This document shows, in pieces, positions 36,055 to 36,547 of a stretch of DNA of 36,547 bases. Source of the stretch: Planctomycetota bacterium (GTDB lineage Bacteria; Planctomycetota; B15-G4; SIAN01); assembly GCA_031409275.1 (NCBI GenBank), contig JANNXA010000013.1, positions 1 to 36,547 on the forward strand, written 5' to 3'. How positions within the stretch are numbered: position 1 is the first letter of the stretch; each line of letters opens with the position of its first letter. The translations under genes and the position numbers were made by a program. The notes beneath the pieces are model-generated. The model searched no databases and had not been told where the DNA came from. It was given only the letters and a program-made list of their open reading frames with translations.

Positions 36055-36547
36055 ATGATTCGTCGCACGCTTCTGGCCGTCGTCGTTCCGCTCGCCCTGT
36101 TGCTGGCCGGCTGCATCAGCGTTCGCAATGGGTGGCCCGGCGGTCTGCCTTCGAATGGCAACGGCCACGGTGACCAGGGTGGTTACGACCACGGCGGCGG
36201 CGGACATGGCGGCGGCGAGCAGTGCCCCGCGCTCTCAGGCGGTCCCGGCCACGGTCCCGGCCGCGGTCCCGGTGCGGCCCACGAAGGGGCGGCGCCAGCA
36301 TGCACGCGCGACCACCACGACGCCGACGAGCGAGACGACTCCTGCTGCGAGGGCGAAGACGACTGCGGTGGGGACGACTGCTGCGGTGAGGACGACGGCG
36401 ACGAGTGCGATGACGGCGACGAGTGTGACGACGGCGACGAGTGCGATGACGGCGACGAGTGCGATGACGGCGACGAGTGCGATGACGGCGACGAGTGCGA
36501 TGACGGCGACGAGTGCGATGACGGCGACGAGTGCGATGACGGCGACG
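36055..36547 (+). CDS. Gly/His- and Asp/Cys-rich repeat lipoprotein; 3'-truncated and not in the ORF track
   Basis: GGGAG upstream of ATG 36055. MIRRTLLAVVVPLALLLAG-C has a canonical lipobox (Cys20). The frame stays open to the window end: GHGDQGGYDHGGGGH...DSCCEGEDDCGGDDCCGE(DDGDEC)n. Confidence 0.8.
   Translation, partial: MIRRTLLAVVVPLALLLAGCISVRNGWPGGLPSNGNGHGDQGGYDHGGGGHGGGEQCPALSGGPGHGPGRGPGAAHEGAAPACTRDHHDADERDDSCCEGEDDCGGDDCCGEDDGDECDDGDECDDGDECDDGDECDDGDECDDGDECDDGDECDDGDECDDGD
36391..36547 (+). repeat. 18-bp coding tandem repeat GAYGACGGCGACGAGTGY (DDGDEC), 8 full copies plus a partial one
   Basis: Units start at 36391, 36409, 36427, 36445, 36463, 36481, 36499 and 36517, with a partial unit at 36535. 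They differ only at synonymous positions. Confidence 0.95.

Noticed and set aside
907..36161. Extended upstream starts given by the track (907, 7326, 8600, 10719, 9674, 15325, 17419, 22357, 22243, 23672, 29953, 36161)
   Set aside because: The extensions are low-complexity or overlap neighbouring genes. Downstream starts fit better with RBS, signal peptide or family N-terminus.
1002..36173. Many long alternative ORFs in the track (e.g. 1002-2786, 2333-4210, 8386-10131, 11435-13363, 18127-20487, 26779-30900, 30979-33081, 33456-36173)
   Set aside because: They are Arg/Ala/Pro-rich shadow frames overlapping genes with clear family motifs, as expected in high-GC DNA where stop codons are scarce.
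36391..36547. 18-bp repeats as a CRISPR array
   Set aside because: The units are head-to-tail with no spacers, lie in frame in a lipoprotein, and no cas genes are present.

Overview
High-GC bacterial DNA, inferred to be from a planctomycete because it carries a planctomycete cytochrome c/DUF1549/DUF1553 gene and a DUF1501 gene. I support about 20 genes, most encoding exported or membrane proteins: FG-GAP and SBBP beta-propeller proteins, tryptophanase, a beta-lactamase-fold serine hydrolase, a LamG protein, two tandem SGNH-like paralogs, a sulfatase-like lipoprotein, a DUF4932-like HEXXH protein, ChrA, three tandem ~1000-aa propeller+PHP metallohydrolases, a VKOR-DsbA fusion, a double DUF1080 protein and a truncated Asp/Cys-repeat lipoprotein missing from the ORF track. 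No rRNA, tRNA, CRISPR, transposase or integrase was seen. The most notable signals are: (1) a ~4.6 kb more A/T-rich two-gene insert that separates the DUF1553 and DUF1501 genes at in-frame CTCG junctions and carries a (GAAG)7 tract early in its first gene, a candidate phase-variation switch; (2) two families of C-terminal domain shared by otherwise unrelated secreted proteins, a candidate sorting system; (3) the metallohydrolase triplet with a variable inserted domain; (4) two divergent genes whose start codons share one CATG; (5) the (DDGDEC)n lipoprotein. All family calls are from motif recognition by eye; no searches were run.
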